A DNA stretch of 63,931 bases, the filler included, from Octopus bimaculoides (Eukaryota): NCBI RefSeq assembly GCF_001194135.2. It is 5 parts of 5 records of this genome, joined end to end, with 100 filler letters (N's around TTAATTAATTAA, not from the genome) between each part and the next. Parts side by side here need not be neighbours in the genome. Positions count along the whole stretch, not along the records: positions 30,097 to 53,995 come from NC_068989.1; 4 more parts are not named here. One strand, written 5' to 3'. Both the position numbers and the translations under genes were made by a program. Shown here piece by piece: positions 36,966-49,930 of this stretch. A model generated the notes under the pieces. It saw only the letters and a program-made list of their open reading frames with translations. It was not told the DNA's origin and ran no database searches. Position 1 is the stretch's first letter; each line of letters opens with the position of its first letter.

Positions 36966-37166
36966 CAAGGGCTTACTGAAATGTTCCTGGCTTTAAGGGT
37001 GTCGCGAAAGGCCTGGTTGGAAGCCCAACCTTCCGAGTTCGTTTACAGGGCTTGGAAAAACTGAAGGCCCGCTCCTATAAGTTTGTGAATTTGAGAGGGA
37101 AATATGTTGAATTAATTCTCCTGTATTTTCTGTTACTCAAAGCCAAGAACTTTTCAGCACCCCTTG
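36966..37166 (+). mobile_element. mariner-derived MITE / internal deletion derivative
   Basis: About 28-bp TIRs (CAAGGGCTTACTGAAATGTTCCTGGCTTT / AAAGCCAAGAACTTTTCAGCACCCCTTG). Internal GLEKLKARSYKFVNLRGKYVE matches the mariner transposase C-terminus. Confidence 0.85.
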
Positions 37167-37564
37167 TGTTTGTGTATGTATATATATATACACACACGCG
37201 GGATACATATCTCCTACTTTATGATATTCTATCTAAGTTTCTATTTCACGTGCCATTGAAAATACCGTGAACCAGTGAAAACCTCTCTCCCACCTCGTTA
37301 CTGTAACCCCCTCCCCTATTATGTATATCCCGAAATCAGACATTTAATGACACTACAAATGCTTTGCAGGTAGCTCTTCTCTCTTTAACAGCAAATTGAG
37401 GATTTCCTTTCACTGGACAGAGTTACAAAGTTGAGGGGACTTAATTCTTTTGATGCATGAAAAATAAAACCAACTTTGGCAGGATTTGAACTTAGGATGT
37501 ATAGGAATGCAGGATCTTTTCAATCTGCTAGGCGTTTTGTCCAACACTCTGTTGATTCTTTTCT

Positions 37565-37770
37565 TCTCTAGGCACAAGACCTGAAATTATGGGGGAGGGG
37601 GACCAGTCGATTAGATCGGCCCAGTACGCAACTGGTACTTAATTTATCGATCCCGAAAGGATGAAAGGCAAAGTCGAGCTCGCTGGAATTTGATCTCAGA
37701 ACATAAAGACAGACGAAATACTGCTAAGCATTTCGCCCGGCGTGCTAACGTTTCTGCAAGCTCGCCTTTA
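37565..37770 (-). mobile_element. SINE family A copy, young and CpG-rich
   Basis: CTGGTACTTAATTTATCGATCCCGAAAGGATGAAAGGCAAAGTCGA...GCCCGGCGTGCTAACGTTTCTGC. Confidence 0.9.
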
Positions 37771-37984
37771 CGCTCTATTAATTCTACCAATCCACTGCTT
37801 TTTCAGATGAATGAATGAATCATTTTTTTTAATGACAAGGAATTCTCTTGTTGGATGGGAGAAAAAAAATTCATGTTGCATATTAATTAGTTTATTTTTT
37901 TACTAAATATTGTTTTGGGTTTTTTTTAAAATTCCATTATGTATTCAAATTCTGGGAAAACAGTTTTTCTATATTATTTTACTT

Positions 37985-38150
37985 GTTTCAGTCATCGCAG
38001 CGTTACTCATTTTTGCCAGCTGAGTGGACTGGAGCAACGTGAAATAAAGTGTTTTGCTCAAGAACACAACGCATTGCCTGGTCCAGGAATCGAAACCACA
38101 ATCTTACGATCATGGTGCTGACACCCTAACCACTAAGCCACGCGCCTCCA
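37985..38150 (-). mobile_element. SINE family D with tRNA head
   Basis: Minus strand GGAGGCGCGTGGCTTAGTGGTTAGGGTG..GGTTTCGATTCC..GCGTTGTGTTCTTGAGCAAAACACTTTATTTCACGTTGCTCCAG. Confidence 0.85.
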
Positions 38151-38174
38151 CACACACACACATATATATAAATA

Positions 38175-38352
38175 AGGCGAGCTGGCAGAATCATTATCAT
38201 GCTGAGCAAAATGATCAGCAGCATTTGTTCCATCTTTACTTTGTGAGTTCAAATTCTGCCGAGGTCAATTTTACCTTTCATTTTTTCAGGGTTAATGTCA
38301 TCAACTTAACCGCTCCCCCAGAATAGCTGGCCTTGTGCCAAAATTTGAAACT
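38175..38352 (+). mobile_element. SINE family A copy
   Basis: GGCGAGCTGGCAGAATC head, core and GGCCTTGTGCCAAAATTTGAAAC tail. Confidence 0.8.
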
Positions 38353-38399
38353 CATATATATATATATACATGCATACATTATTAGGATTGTATTATGGC

Positions 38400-38690
38400 G
38401 TCTTTGAACATTTTGGCACTTACAACATACACCTTCACCCAGGCAACCCAACTGAGGCTGCTTAAATCTCAGCCTGTTTCCTCATAGCTTTCTCCTGACC
38501 CTACCAGTTTACTCATTCTTAACCAGAGCTGCCTAGATGCCTTCTTTGTTGCTTCCACATTGTTCTTGAAGGTTCTTCTCCTGCTCACTCTTGTAATGCT
38601 ATCCTTGAGTCTGTTTGTCTGAGGTGAACAGCCTCCTGTCTTCTCGGACACCCCTACAGGTACCTTTTCCTCTTGCTTGGGTAATCCTAG
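38400..38690 (-). mobile_element. 3' end of a HERO/NeSL-type (RLE) non-LTR retrotransposon
   Basis: SRRRTFKNNVEATKKASRQLWLR resembles the recalled family terminus RRRAIKNITDAAEKASRWLWIKR, followed by a UTR CAGTTGGGTTGCCTGGGTGAAGGTGT. Confidence 0.6.
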
Positions 38691-38758
38691 TTACAGAATC
38701 CAAACTCTGGATAAACAAATACCTATTGTCATCAGACATGGAGGAATACCCTTGAGGC

Positions 38759-38968
38759 TTCAGCATTCAGATTAGTTTGTCAAATGTAATGCTTATTTAT
38801 TCACATTGTTTTGAATAAATTATTATTTTGTAACTTTGAGATTTTGATTACGGGATTGTTTACTTTTAATTTGACATTTTAGGGTAAGTGTAAGAGACTA
38901 TTTTGCCAGTTTAAACTTAAAACAAATAGGACATTTTGGCCATATATGACCAGTTTAAATGCTAAATT
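38759..38968. mobile_element. Probable piggyBac-like MITE with eroded ends
   Basis: AGCATT..AATGCTA terminal remnants around a roughly 210-bp body that I recognise from memory as an abundant octopus MITE. Confidence 0.45.
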
Positions 38969-39074
38969 GTCAAGTCATTTTTAATTATACATTTCCCATA
39001 TGTTAAAGAATAAAATACATTTAACATATTAGAATATATTTCTTATATGTGTATATTGTGTATATCTCTGACAA

Positions 39075-39450
39075 GTGGCGGTGCAGTGGTTAGAGCAGCG
39101 GACTCATGGTCATAGGATCGCGGTTTCGATTCCCAGACCGGGCGTTATGAGTGTTTATTGAGCGAAAACACCTAAATCTCCACGAAGCTCCATCAGGGAA
39201 TAGTGGCGAACCCTGCTGTACTCTTTCACCACAACTTTCTCTCACTTTTACTTCCTGTTTCTGTTGTGCCTGTAATTCAAAGGGTCAGTCTTGTCACACT
39301 GTGTCACGCTGAATATCCCCGAGAACTACGTTAAGGGTACACGTGTCTGTGGAGTGCTCAGCCACTTGCACGTTAATTTCACGAGCAGGCTGTTCCGTTG
39401 ATCGGATCAACTGGAACCCTCGACGTCGTAAGGGACAGTGTGCCAACAAT
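39075..39450 (+). mobile_element. Near full-length tRNA-derived SINE (family E)
   Basis: A box GGTGCAGTGGTTAGAGC, B box GGTTTCGATTCC, about 370-bp body ending GGAACCCTCGACGTCGTAA..GTGCCAACAA. Confidence 0.85.
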
Positions 39451-39969
39451 ATCTCTGACAGCTGATGTAATTACATAACAGCTGGATAGATTTGACCTGC
39501 TTATGTTGATTTTAGTGTGNNNNNNNNNNNNNNNNNNNNNNNNNNNNNNNNNNNNNNNNNNNNNNNNNNNNNNNNNNNNNNNNNNNNNNNNNNNNNNNNN
39601 NNNNNNNNNNNNNNNNNNNNNNNNNNNNNNNNNNNNNNNNNNNNNNNNNNNNNNNNNNNNNNNNNNNNNNNNNNNNNNNNNNNNNNNNNNNNNNNNNNNN
39701 NNNNNNNNNNNNNNNNNNNNNNNNNNNNNNNNNNNNNNNNNNNNNNNNNNNNNNNNNNNNNNNNNNNNNNNNNNNNNNNNNNNNNNNNNNNNNNNNNNNN
39801 NNNNNNNNNNNNNNNNNNNNNNNNNNNNNNNNNNNNNAGAATTCACTTTGATTCACCACTGTTTTGAGTTCACTTTGTGCTAGAGTTAGTCTTGCCATTC
39901 ATCCTTGCACAATTGGAAACATAACCCCAATAATATACTTTAGAATAATTCAAAGAACTTAAAATTTTT

Positions 39970-40555
39970 ACTCTTTTACTTGTTTCAGTCATTTGACTGC
40001 AGCCATGCTGGAGCACCGCCTTTAGTCGAGCAAATCGACCCCGGGACTTATTCTTTGTAAGCCTAGTACTTATTCTATCGATCTCTTTTGCTGAACCGCT
40101 AAGTTACGGGGACGTAAACACACCAGCATCGGTTGTCAAGTGATGTTGGGGGAACAAACACAAATATATACATATACATATATATACGACATGCTTCTTT
40201 CAGTTTCCGTCTACCAAATCCACTCACAAGACTTTGGTCGGCCCGAGGCTATAGTAGAAGACACTTGCCTAAGGTGCCACACAGTGGGACTGAACCCAGA
40301 ACCATGTGGTTGGTAAGCAAGCTACTTTATTTCATATAAATTAGCCATAAGGGTTCAGTCCCACTGCGTGGCACCTTGGGCAAGTGTCTTCTACTATAGC
40401 CTCGGGCTGACCAAAACCTTGTGAGTGGATTTGGTAGATGGAAACTGAAAGAAACCCGTCGTATATATGTATATGTATAAATATGTGTTTGTGTTTACGT
40501 CCCCATAACTTAGTGGCTCCGCAAAAGAGACCGATAGAATAAGTACTAGGCTAAG
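39970..40555. mobile_element. Two SINE family B copies, head-to-head (minus about 39970-40325, plus about 40345-40555)
   Basis: Reverse-complement arms sharing CACCTTRGGCAAGTGTCTTCTACTATAGCCTCGGGC. Confidence 0.92.
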
Positions 40556-41224
40556 CTACTTACCACACAGCCACCCCTGCACCTATGTGTAGAGTTAAAC
40601 AATAATTTTTTTTTTAAACGAAAAATTCTTTGCTATTAGGACAGGGAAGATTATTAAAATAATTAGGAGTCGGCTTGCTGTTACCTCAAGGTGGTTGTTT
40701 GTTTTGTTAAAAACAGTAACTGGAATGTCTTTGCTCATGGCCCCAGGTCAGTCACCTTAAACGGGGCTGACCTGAGGCTAAACAATAACATCAAACCTGA
40801 TAACAAAATATCATGGGGCAATTAAATAGGGACATACAGCATTTTTCACCCTGGATCAGCCCTGATGACGCAAGCTTATGAACAAGGACATTTCAGCCAT
40901 GACCATCCTGTCATTTTTCCAAGATGATAGATTGTGATTAGAAAAACATCTGGCACCTATTTCTAGCAAATCAAGCATCCACACAAAGACACTTGTTGGT
41001 TTATAAATATTTGGTAAGAGCAGGGAGTTGGCAGGTTGGTTAGCACTATGAACAAAATGGTCTGTGGAATTTAGTTAGATCATTTTATGTTCTGAATTGA
41101 AATCCTATCAAGTATTGGGATCCACATATTGAACCCTACCCTTCACCCCAAATTTGTGCCCTTATTTCTGTCATAAGTGAATATTTTATTGATAGAAGAA
41201 CCAAAGGAGGAATTTTATTGATTC

Positions 41225-41480
41225 CATCATCGTTTTAATGTCCTTTTTTTCCATACTTGCATGGATCAGACAGAATTCTTTGAAGTAGATTTTCTACAGT
41301 TGGATGTTCTCCCTATCACCAACCCGGACCCGTTTCTAAGTAAGGTAATTTTTCCGCATGGCTGAACATGATTTCACAGAAGATTGAAGCAAAAGACACC
41401 ACTTGTATCATGGTGGTACTCGTTTACAGCAATCACATGATCTCATGATCAACAAGTCAAGGAGATACCAACATGTATGT
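41225..41480 (-). mobile_element. RTE-tail repeat (family C)
   Basis: CATCATCGTTTTAATGTCC..TTCCATACTTGCATGG..TTCTACAGTTGGATG. Confidence 0.7.
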
Positions 41481-41499
41481 ACACATGCATATGTGCACA

Positions 41500-41625
41500 T
41501 GACTGGCTACTTTCAGTTTCTGTCTGACAAGGTTTTGGTCAGCTCAATACAGTAAAAAACACTTACCCAAGGTACCACATAGTAGGACTGAACCCAGAAG
41601 CAAGCTTCTTAACCACTCAGTCACA
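41500..41625 (-). mobile_element. SINE family B 5' part (decayed)
   Basis: TTTCAGTTTC..AACACTTACCCAAGGTACCAC..GGACTGAACCCAG. Confidence 0.75.
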
Positions 41626-42344
41626 TTTGCACTTTGACTTTGAAAATACTTTCGTTGATTTTTTAAAACTCTACAAGCTGCCCCAGATATAAAAGATCTA
41701 TAATTAAAGGCACTATTTCCATGATTTTCCCCATTTTTTTTCAGACATATTGTATCTAAGACTACATTATCTAATATGTCTTTTCTTTTAAAGATGCTAG
41801 TTATGAAATTAAGCTACTATTTCTAGTGGGTCAAGATGTCCTATTGAGGTTCCAACTTTGTATTGGTGGTGGCGTGTTGGATGTCTTCCAAAAGGCATTT
41901 GAAAAAACAAAGAACAAGTGATGGAATTGGTTTTCATTAGAACATTTGGACATTGGCTTCCCAAGAGAATATCAACAACAATAAATTGATGGTGCATTGA
42001 ATATAATCAATGATTAAAAGCTCTGCTACTACTAATAATAATAATAACTGGTGGTAGTTAGTAGAAGTAGTAGTAGTTGTTCATTGTCTTTACCACGTCT
42101 GTGCTTTCCACAAACCCCATATTACACATTTTGCTCTATTATTCTACCCCATAACCACAATTCTCTGGAGTTCCACCTCTCCCTCCACGGGCATCATCAA
42201 CCTGCTAGACATAGCAACCAAATCTATCTGAAATTGTATCCTAGTGTCTTAAGTAAGGAAAAGACATATTAGTCTTACATACCCCTGAAAAGACAGGATG
42301 GTCATGGGTAAAATGCCTTTGAGCATATGTCAGTGCCACATCAG

Positions 42345-42495
42345 AACTAAACAACAACAACACCATTGTTTTAACATGCACTTTTCCATGTTTGCATAAC
42401 TTTGATGGAGTCCACTGAGGCAGATTTTCTACAATCAAATGCCCTCCCTGCCACCAAACCTTACTCGTTTCCAAGCAAGGTAATATTTTCTTATG
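42345..42495 (-). mobile_element. RTE-tail repeat (family C)
   Basis: TTTTCCATGTTTGCAT..GATTTTCTACAATCAAATGCCCTCCCTG. Confidence 0.65.
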
Positions 42496-42730
42496 GCCAG
42501 ACGGAAACTGAAAGAAGCCTGTCGTATATGTGTTTGTGTGTCCGTGTTTGTCCCCCCATCGCTTGACAACCGATGGTGGTGTGTTTACGTCCCCGTAACT
42601 TAGCGGTTCAGCAAAAGAGACCGATAGAATAAGTACTAGGATTACAAAGAATAAGTCCTGAGGTCGATTTGCTCGACTAAAGGCAGTGCTCCAGCATGAC
42701 CGCAGTCAAATGACTGAAATAAGTAAATAA
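42495..42730 (+). mobile_element. SINE family B 3' half
   Basis: GGAAACTGAAAGAAG..GAGACCGATAGAATAAGTACTAGG..CCAGCATGACCGCAGTCAAATGACTGAAA. Confidence 0.88.
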
Positions 42731-42811
42731 AAGACATGATTCCACAGAATATTGGAATGAATGACATTCACTTACAGCAATCATGCAATATCAAGACAAA
42801 GCGATACAAAC

Positions 42812-42940
<129 letters not shown>

Positions 42941-43407
42941 ATAATTTAGGAGATAAGTAATAGCCTAACAATCACCTCAGCAGCACTTCATGCAGGAACC
43001 TGGCTTGCAGTATTCAAATAGTAGTGTAAAGGTTATAATTTTTAATTAACCAAAGAATGATTAGTTATACTTTGGCCAATAATTAAAGGAACATTTTTGC
43101 CAATCCAAGGCATGTATATTGAATAAGTATGTTACAACCCTCACAAAATGAAAAACAATAACTTTGATAGAGGAAAAAACAAGTCAAATCAATGTTTCAT
43201 ATATTTCATTGAATGGCAACCATTTTTTTTCATATTGCATACAAATTTATGCAGTTTTATGCATAAGTTGTATGCTCCTGTCTACTAAATCTGCCCAGAA
43301 GGTTTTGGTTAGATTAGGGTTATAGTAGATGACACTTACCCAAGGTGCCGCACAATGTCTGTTTCAGCCATGAGCACTGGACTTCTTCCTTTTCTAAACC
43401 ATCATCA

Positions 43408-43665
43408 CCATTGAGGCAGATTCTCTATAGCCAGATGCCCTTCCTGTTACCAACTCTTACCTGTTTCCAAGTAAAGTAATATTCCTCCATGACCACCATT
43501 GAAGCAGATTCTCTATAGCCAGATGCCCTTCNNNNNNNNNNTTACCTGTTTCCAAGTAAAGTAATATTCCTCCATGACCACCATTGAAGCAGATTCTCTA
43601 TAGCCAGATGCCCTTCCTGTTACCAACTCTTACCTGTTTCCAAGTAAAGTAATATTTCTCCATGA
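43408..43665. repeat. About 88-bp tandem triplication of a family C segment, spanning a 10-N gap
   Basis: ACCATTGARGCAGATTCTCTATAGCCAGATGCCCTTCC..TTACCTGTTTCCAAGTAAAGTAATATT three times. Confidence 0.85.
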
Positions 43666-43671
43666 TTAAGA

Positions 43672-43890
43672 TGGCGAACTGCCAGAATTGTTAGCGTGAC
43701 AGGCAAAATGCTTTGTAGCATTTCATCTGTTTTTTTATATCCTGAGTTCAAATTCCACCAAGGCCAACTTTGCCTTTCAGCCTTTCGGAGTCAACAAAGT
43801 AAGTACCAGATGAACACTGGGGGTCAATGTCACTAACTACGCCCCCCCCCAAAAAAAATTACTGGCCTTGTGCTAAAATTTGAAACCAAT
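43672..43890 (+). mobile_element. SINE family A copy, CpG-depleted
   Basis: GGCGAACTGCCAGAATTGTTAGC...GCCTTTCAGCCTTTCGGAGTCAACAAAGTAAGTACCAG. Confidence 0.8.
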
Positions 43891-44358
43891 ATTTCTCCTA
43901 GAGAAGATTGGAAGCAAAGAACACCACTTGTATGATGGTGACGCTCTTTTGTAGCTTTCACAATATCAAAGCAAGGCTAAAGGAACATGCTAGCATACAT
44001 ATGCATATATATATACATATGTGATAGACAAAGTAACAGCAGAAATTTTGCATCATTACTCAGCTCATTATACCAGATGTAGCAGTAGCAGTTTTGTGTA
44101 TATGTACAATGAGAATGATTCATTTGAATCATAGATATTGAGTGACATTTTACAAAATGTCAGTGGAAAATAATGCCTGTATTTCTCAATTTGATACATA
44201 AAATCATTTCACTGATTAGTGTTATTACTTTATTACTTTCCATTAGTAATGTATCTGAGGGAGGGGAGAGGTGTATTCCGTTACTTTGCAAAAGAACGCT
44301 GAAATATCTAGATTTTATGTCATGAAATGTTCAAGTACATTTTGTGTGTGTGTGTGTG

Positions 44359-44406
<48 letters not shown>

Positions 44407-44538
44407 AGATAATAAGAGTGGAAAAACTACAGAAGGCTTGTGTTACATGGTTAAAGTATATATTTAAATTATGTCAGAAAAATGTTATAAAATCTTTTTG
44501 GTATATAAACATTGTATTTTGATATATATATATATATA

Positions 44539-44651
44539 CAGGATGTCCACAGGAGTAAATAAAATCATAACAAAAACAATTAAATATAAGAAATAATAAT
44601 TTCTTAAAGTATGTGTTAATCCCCATGTACCCAGACTTTGTGGACACCCTG
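44539..44651. mobile_element. Tc1/mariner-type MITE (113 bp)
   Basis: TIRs CAGGATGTCCACA / TGTGGACACCCTG (one mismatch) with TA on both sides. Confidence 0.85.
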
Positions 44652-46469
44652 TATATNNNNNNNNNNNNNNNNNNNNNNNNNNNNNNNNNNNNNNNNNNNN
44701 NNNNNNNNNNNNNNNNNNNNNNNNNNNNNNNNNNNNNNNNNNNNNNNNNNNNNNNNNNNNNNNNNNNNNNNNNNNNNNNNNNNNNNNNNNNNNNNNNNNN
44801 NNNNNNNNNNNNNNNNNNNNNNNNNNNNNNNNNNNNNNNNNNNNNNNNNNNNNNNNNNNNNNNNNNNNNNNNNNNNNNNNNNNNNNNNNNNNNNNNNNNN
44901 NNNNNNNNNNNNNNNNNNNNNNNNNNNNNNNNNNNNNNNNNNNNNNNNNNNNNNNNNNNNNNNNNNNNNNNATATATATATATATATATATAATATGAGG
45001 GGTTTAGTTCACTGGTGATCTAAACGATTAGGTACACTGAGTAAGTGCTATAATTGGTCATCTGTTATTTGGCTTTTGTGTTAGCAGGTACACAGGAAAA
45101 GGACGTCAAAACCAAGTCATAATAATTTAATTAGGACAAGGTTAATTTGAAGTCTTACAGCTGTTTCTGGGATATCCCAAGTGATAGGCTAGCATGTCTG
45201 TACACTGGGTATTCCATCATCAGAGACAAAGTGAATATGTATGAAAGTTCTAGACAGGGAAATTCACAGTTTGTAAGGAATAAAATAGAAGAATAAAGAG
45301 TAAAAGTAGATATAAGAATACAGACAGGATAATAAAAGTTCACATTTCATCTTTTTCCAAAGGGTTTGGAGGTTGGTCTATACTTCCATCCTTAAGAGTT
45401 ACATAGGCTTTGCATTTAGCTAAACACAATATAGTGGAACTTCAGTTTACAAATGTAATTTATTCCTGAAGGCTGTTCATCACCAGAAATGTTCATAAAC
45501 CGAAATTGTTTTTTCCCATAGGAAATTGAAGAGAAGGCATGGCAAATCCAAACAGGGATGTACATTGAGCAGCAACTAACACTTTCTCCTGCTGATAGCC
45601 TCAGTTTATGCCAACCTTTGTTGCTGGCTGCATGTTCTTTACTTGAGACACTGTTTGTCACCCAAGAGGTTTTATGCTAAAAAAATTGTTCATAAACTGA
45701 TTTCTGCATGCTGAGAGAGATTTAGAAACTGAGGTTCCACCATATTTTCTTTTTCTTTAATTAATGCTGATTATTTTCTTTAGTTTGAAATGTGTAAATT
45801 TTTGTTAAAGTCCTTAATAGCCATGACATCAGATTTCAAATTATGTTCAAAATTATTACTTTATTTTTAAAAATTTTACCAGTTATCTCTAGGAATTCCT
45901 GAGTCCTTTAATTTGGTGGACAGCTCTGGATCTTCTGTATATCTTTGGATTATTTAAAGCTTTTTTTTAATGTTAATTAAATATTAACAGTTGTTTGATT
46001 TTAATCAATATTCCTATGTAAGCCACAGGGTGATTGATGACTTGAGTCAATAGGTTAACAGACAACCAGTCTAAGATTAGCAGTTTGTCTCCTCACCAAT
46101 GCTGTACTACCTTTATGAGCAAGATACTTAACAAAAGTAACATTGTATACTGTTCTGAACATGAATAGCAATGTAGTTCATTAATTTGTAATGCTGAGTT
46201 TAGTCAGAGAAGGTGTTGAATCAAACTTGTCACAGCTGTGTGGCCGATTGTACTTAGTAACAATGATCTTTAAATGACAGTTATACAAATGGAAAAGGTT
46301 TCTTTGTGTTTAATACACTTATACAATAATGGGTGGTAGACCTAATATACTGCCTAGTTTAATATTCTATTGCTACTTGTATTATTTTACTGGTTTCAGC
46401 TATTGGATTCTGGCCATAATGGAGCACCACTTTCAGTGGCTTAATCAATTATACCAACTCTGTATTTTT

Positions 46470-47105
46470 ATTGCTATTGTGGAGGGAACTTGTGGAAGAG
46501 GTAGACCCAGGAAGACATGGGGTGAGATGGTGAAGCATGATCTTTGGACATTAGGTCTCATTGAGATAATTTGCTGTGTTTGAGAAGACATGTCAAGCCA
46601 AGCGAAATCGTAGTTGTAGCCAGTGCTAGTGACACCTAAAAGCACTCACTACACTCTTGGAGTGGTTGGCATTAGGAAGGGCATCCAGCTGTAGAAATCA
46701 AACCAAATCAGACTGGAGCCTAGTACAGGTCTCCAGCTTACCAGTCCCAAGCAAGCCATCTAACCCATGCCAGCATGGAAAACAGATGCACCCATGCTGG
46801 TGGCATGTAAAAAGCACCATTCAAGTGTTGGGCCTCACAAAGGTAATGACAAATGACCAAGACCTCTGACAATATGCTGTGCTTGAGAAGAAGACCCATC
46901 AAGCCAAGTGAAATCGTAGTTGTGGCAGATATTGGTGTCATACAAAAGCACCCATTACACTGTGGCTGGTGATTGATGTTAGGAAGGGCATCCAGCCATA
47001 GAAACCATGCCAAATCAGACTGAAGTTTGGTGCAGCCCTTCAGCTTACCACCTCTGGTCAAGCCGTCCAACTTATGCCAGAATGGACAACGGATGTTAAA
47101 TGAGG
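46470..47105 (+). mobile_element. RTE LINE 3' fragments (two tandem tail modules)
   Basis: VEGTCGRGRPRKTWGEMVKHDL, then twice the tail ..GGAAGGGCATCCAGC..TAGAAA..CCATGCCAG(C/A)ATGG. Confidence 0.85.
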
Positions 47106-47169
47106 ATGATATAGTGGTTAGGATTCCTAGCTTTCAGCCAGGTAGTCTGGGTTCAATTCTTGGCATGGG

Positions 47170-47282
47170 AACAATTATAGGTGCAGGTAAAGCTGAGTGG
47201 TAAGAAGTATGCTTCCCAACCATATGGTTCTGAGTTCAGTCCCACTGCGTGGCATCTTGGGCATGTGTCTTCTACCATAGCT
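47170..47282 (+). mobile_element. SINE family B head
   Basis: GTGGTAAGAAGTATGCTTCCCAACCATATGGTTCTGAGTTCAGTCCCACTGCGTGGCATCTTGGGC. Confidence 0.82.
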
Positions 47283-47722
47283 GTTAAAAATGAATATTTC
47301 AATATATTGTTCATACTGTGTAATGTGTAGGTGGAAAATTATAAAAGTTTGATAAATTTGCCAATATGCAAATTAGCTTACTTTTTTGTGTTTTAAACAA
47401 TGTTTTCTCTGTAGGTAGCTATAAGTTATGGTCTTTTGCCAGAACAGGCAGGTTAAGTCAAGCCTGACAATGGTGAACACATTTTAAAACCAGTTATTTC
47501 AGTAACCTTGCTGTTTAGCTGTAACCATTTGTGTGTATCTCTAAAGATGCATTCCACACACACGCACACACACGAACAAAGTTAAGAGTCTTTGTGTGTT
47601 TTTGAATAGCTAATATGTGTCTTCCATACTGTTATTGTTATAGTTTCAACACATTTGTCTCAGATCTAATCACTTGCCAAACAAGTACACCTCTGAAATA
47701 TATATGGATATCTCTCTATTTC

Positions 47723-47757
<35 letters not shown>

Positions 47758-48216
47758 TTCTTTCTCTATCTATCTACCTATCTATCTCTATCTATCTGTC
47801 AATGTACCTATCTATTTATCTATCTGTGTGTTTGTGTGTATTTGTTTAAACATTGACAGCTATATGATTGTATTGAATAGTTTAAAGTATAGCAATAAAT
47901 ACAATATAGTCCTGATATATCATTTGATTATGCCCAAACCTTGTTGGCCTAAATTATAGCATTAAAAAAAAATCAATAAACTGAAAATTAGTATCTGTGT
48001 TTTGGTTGATAGTTATTGAGATTATTGACAAAAGTGGAGGAGGTTGAAATTTCTGTCATAATTGTGGCTTTAATAATTGTAGGTTAGTGGAGAGGGCATT
48101 ACTGGTCGTGAGCCTGTTAGGCAAATACTTTGCTATTCATATGCCATACTGTTTTGTATTATAACCTTACTAGGCTGGGACTCTACCCATCATCCTTCAG
48201 TCATTCTAATAAATAC

Positions 48217-48268
<52 letters not shown>

Positions 48269-48464
48269 TCAGTAAATAGTGGGGTTGTGTTAACCGCACA
48301 TATATAAGGGAACTCCATTATCTATACTGGCTCTCTCTTTCTATCTCTCTCCCTCCTCCTCTCTCCTCATCTCTTCAAGCATTCACTCTGTTTAGTCAAG
48401 AGATAATTGCAATATTATTATTATTATTATTAGTAGTAGTAGTAGTAGTAGAAGTAGTAGTATG

Positions 48465-48680
48465 ATAGCGAGCTGGCTGAATCATTAACACGCTGGACAA
48501 AATGCTTAACAGCATTTTGTCCTTGTTTGCGTTCTGAGCTAAACTTTTGCCAAGGTCAACTTTACCTTCTGTTCTTCTGGGGTTGATAAAATAAGCACCT
48601 GTCAAGCATTGGGGTTGATGTAATTGACTTACTCCCACCCCCAAAATTACTGGTATTGTGCCAAAATTTGAAACGAATAT
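48465..48680 (+). mobile_element. SINE family A copy, CpG-depleted
   Basis: GCGAGCTGGCTGAATCATTAAC...GGGGTTGATAAAATAAGCACC. Confidence 0.8.
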
Positions 48681-49185
48681 TAGTAGTAAATATCATTCCA
48701 GTTTTCAGCTCTATGTCCTTCTAAAACTTCAGGTTAGTTCAAATATGCTTGTGAAATATTTTAACTTCTAAAGACAAATTCACTGCAGTTACAGTGGAGA
48801 TGTTCCTTCTTACAATAGAAATCACCATATACAAGTTAATTTTTTGACCAGATATCAATATTGGGACAGTTTCTTCCAGATTAACACTATTTGGAAGCCA
48901 TTTTTGTCATGCACGTCACACCAGGCAAATGAGAACTGTAACCACAGATATTGTTACCCAGCAAATTCATTAGCATTTTTTTGAAATTTCAATGTCATTG
49001 TAAATAAACAACATTAGGCTTTTTATGTTGCTCTGAAGCAGCTCAAAATAATTAGCAGTTAATATTTTCTATTGATAAAAGTTATTTTGTGCAATGTCAT
49101 GTATGTAACAGAGAAAATCATCTCTGTGTGTAGCAGGTGTATAGGTACAATAAACACTAGAAATGTACAGAAAATAGACTCCATC

Positions 49186-49930
49186 ATAAGCCAGGGAGGA
49201 TACTTAGAAGTAGTGGATAGCTTCCGTTATCTATCTTGACCAACTCAACAGTGGTGGTGGATGCTCTGAGAGCATAGCTGCTAGAATAAGAATAGGCTGA
49301 GTTCAGAGAAGTTCTACCTTTGTTGGTAACAAAGGGCCCCTCCCTCAGAATGAAAGACAGATTGTATGATGCCTGTGAAACATGGGCTATGACTGCAGAG
49401 GACATGTGAAGGCTTGAAAGAAACTAAGCCAGTATGCTTCACTGGATGTGCAATGTCAGTGTGCATGTACAACAGAGTTTAAGCATCTTCAGAGAAAAAT
49501 TGGATATGAGATGCATCAGATGTGGTGTGCAGGAGAGAAGACTGCGCAGGTATGGTCATGTGATATATATGGATGTGGACAGATGTGTAGAGAAGTGCCG
49601 ATTGCTAACTGTGGAGGGGATCTGCAGAGGCAGTAGACCCAAGGTGTTGAAGCATAATATTCAGATGTTGGGTCTCATGGAGGCAATGAGAAGTGATCAA
49701 AACCTTTGGTGATTTGCTGTGCTTGAGAAGACATGTCAAGCTAAGTGAAATCATAGTCATTGCAAGTGCCAGTGACACATAGAAGAGACTCACTGCACTC
49801 TTGCAGTGATTGGCATTTGGAAGGGCATCCAGCCGTAGAAACCATCCAAACCAGACTGGAGCCTGGTACAGCTCTCTAGCTTACCAGTTCCTGTCAAACC
49901 ATCTAAGTCATGCTAGCATGGAAAATGGAC
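49186..49930 (+). mobile_element. RTE LINE 3' portion (RT thumb, C-terminus and tail), decayed
   Basis: EVVDSFRYL, KDRLYDAC, MLHWMCNVSVH, RRLRRYGHV, VEGICRGSRPK, DQNLW, plus a GGAAGGGCATCCAGCCGTAGAAAC tail. Confidence 0.9.

Noticed and set aside
43408-43665. Three copies of an 88-bp unit as a novel minisatellite
   Set aside because: It is a piece of the common RTE-tail repeat, and copies 2 and 3 straddle a 10-N gap typical of overlap duplication in short-read scaffolding.
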